Assembly: GCA_013239625.1 (NCBI GenBank)
Contig: MU053881.1
Span: forward strand, 868,001-932,000
From: Lama guanicoe
Lineage: Eukaryota
Direction: 5' to 3'
Length of the DNA: 64,000 bases
The notes under the pieces were generated by a model. That model ran no database searches. It was not told the origin of the DNA and saw only the letters and a program-made list of their open reading frames with translations. Position numbers and translations under genes: made by a program. The number at the start of each line of letters is the position of its first letter. Positions within the stretch are counted from its first letter, which is position 1. Below are positions 63,422-64,000 of this stretch, in pieces.

Positions 63422-63510
63422 GGGGTAGGGTGTAGCTCAGTGATAGTGCGCATGCTTAGTATGCACGAGGTCCTAGGTTCGATCCCCAGTACCTCCATTA
63501 AAAAAATTGT
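63422..63510 (+). mobile_element. tRNA-Ala-derived SINE (Vic-1-like, short form)
   Basis: ggggtagggtgtagctcagtgatagtgcgcatgcttagtatgcacgaggtcctaggttcgatccccagtacctcca plus A tail. Confidence 0.88.
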
Positions 63511-63564
63511 TTTTAAAGGGTGGATGACCCTGCAAAGTGGAAGGCTGTCAGGGGCGTGGCTTCA

Positions 63565-63690
63565 GAGAGAGGAGGAGGGGGTAGGAGAAAGGGGAGGAGA
63601 GGGAGGAGAAAGGGGAGGAGAGGGAGGAGAAAGGGCTGGGGGAGGGAGGGGGAGGGGGAGGGAGGGGAGAGGGAGGAATGAGGAGGGGTC
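63565..63690. repeat. G/A-rich purine tract with a short 21-bp tandem unit
   Basis: ggagaaaggggaggagaggga repeated about 2.5 times within an almost pure purine run. Confidence 0.8.
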
Positions 63691-64000
63691 TGTAAGTGAT
63701 GCTTTTAATCCCAGCTCTCCGACTGACTTTCGTTCTGCACACACACAGCGAGGGTGGAACCCGTGCTGGTGGTGGGCAGGTTCCCCTTCTCGGGATGGGG
63801 GCAGCTTGTTCAGCCGGCCTGCTGTTGACTGGACATCACCATCCTTCCGGGCATTCCGCTTTTACACACAAACACGGAAGGGAGCCGCCTTACATAGGCC
63901 CCCTTGGGCACACAGCAAGGCCTTTTCTCACACGGGTGGATGTGAGGAGCTGCTGGCTCGTGGGGCATGTGGATTGTTAATTGCGATTTTAGAAGATTTT

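Noticed and set aside
63422..63497. tRNA-Ala-like sequence (also 11634-11710)
   Set aside because: A 5' extension, A-rich tail, mutated stems or anticodon arm and multiple dispersed copies indicate a SINE, not a functional tRNA gene.
1..64000. CRISPR arrays, operons or other prokaryotic systems
   Set aside because: The sequence is mammalian and has no regularly spaced repeat-spacer structure or dense coding blocks.

Overview
Mammalian nuclear DNA, most likely camelid: it carries several tRNA-Ala-derived SINEs of the Vic-1 type and cetartiodactyl-type L1 ends. I found no credible protein-coding gene, true tRNA/rRNA gene or CRISPR array; the only ORFs with recognisable translations are broken L1 ORF2 fragments. 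GC-rich non-coding blocks (about 1-8.4, 14.3-35.6 and 57-64 kb) alternate with AT-rich, repeat-dense blocks (about 8.4-14.3 kb and a nested L1/LTR/DNA-transposon pile at about 36-56 kb). The most interesting signals come from retrotransposon structure: a TSD-flanked ~320 bp element that joins an L1 5' end directly to an L1 3' tail (candidate spliced or non-autonomous mini-L1), two insertions stacked in one target site, a chimeric tail nested in an MLT1B, a TSD-less orphan insertion and two exact tandem duplications. There is also apparent AT-to-GC skew in old repeats and several motif clusters that look like enhancers. Repeat family names come from remembered consensus sequences, not from a database search, and many boundaries are approximate.
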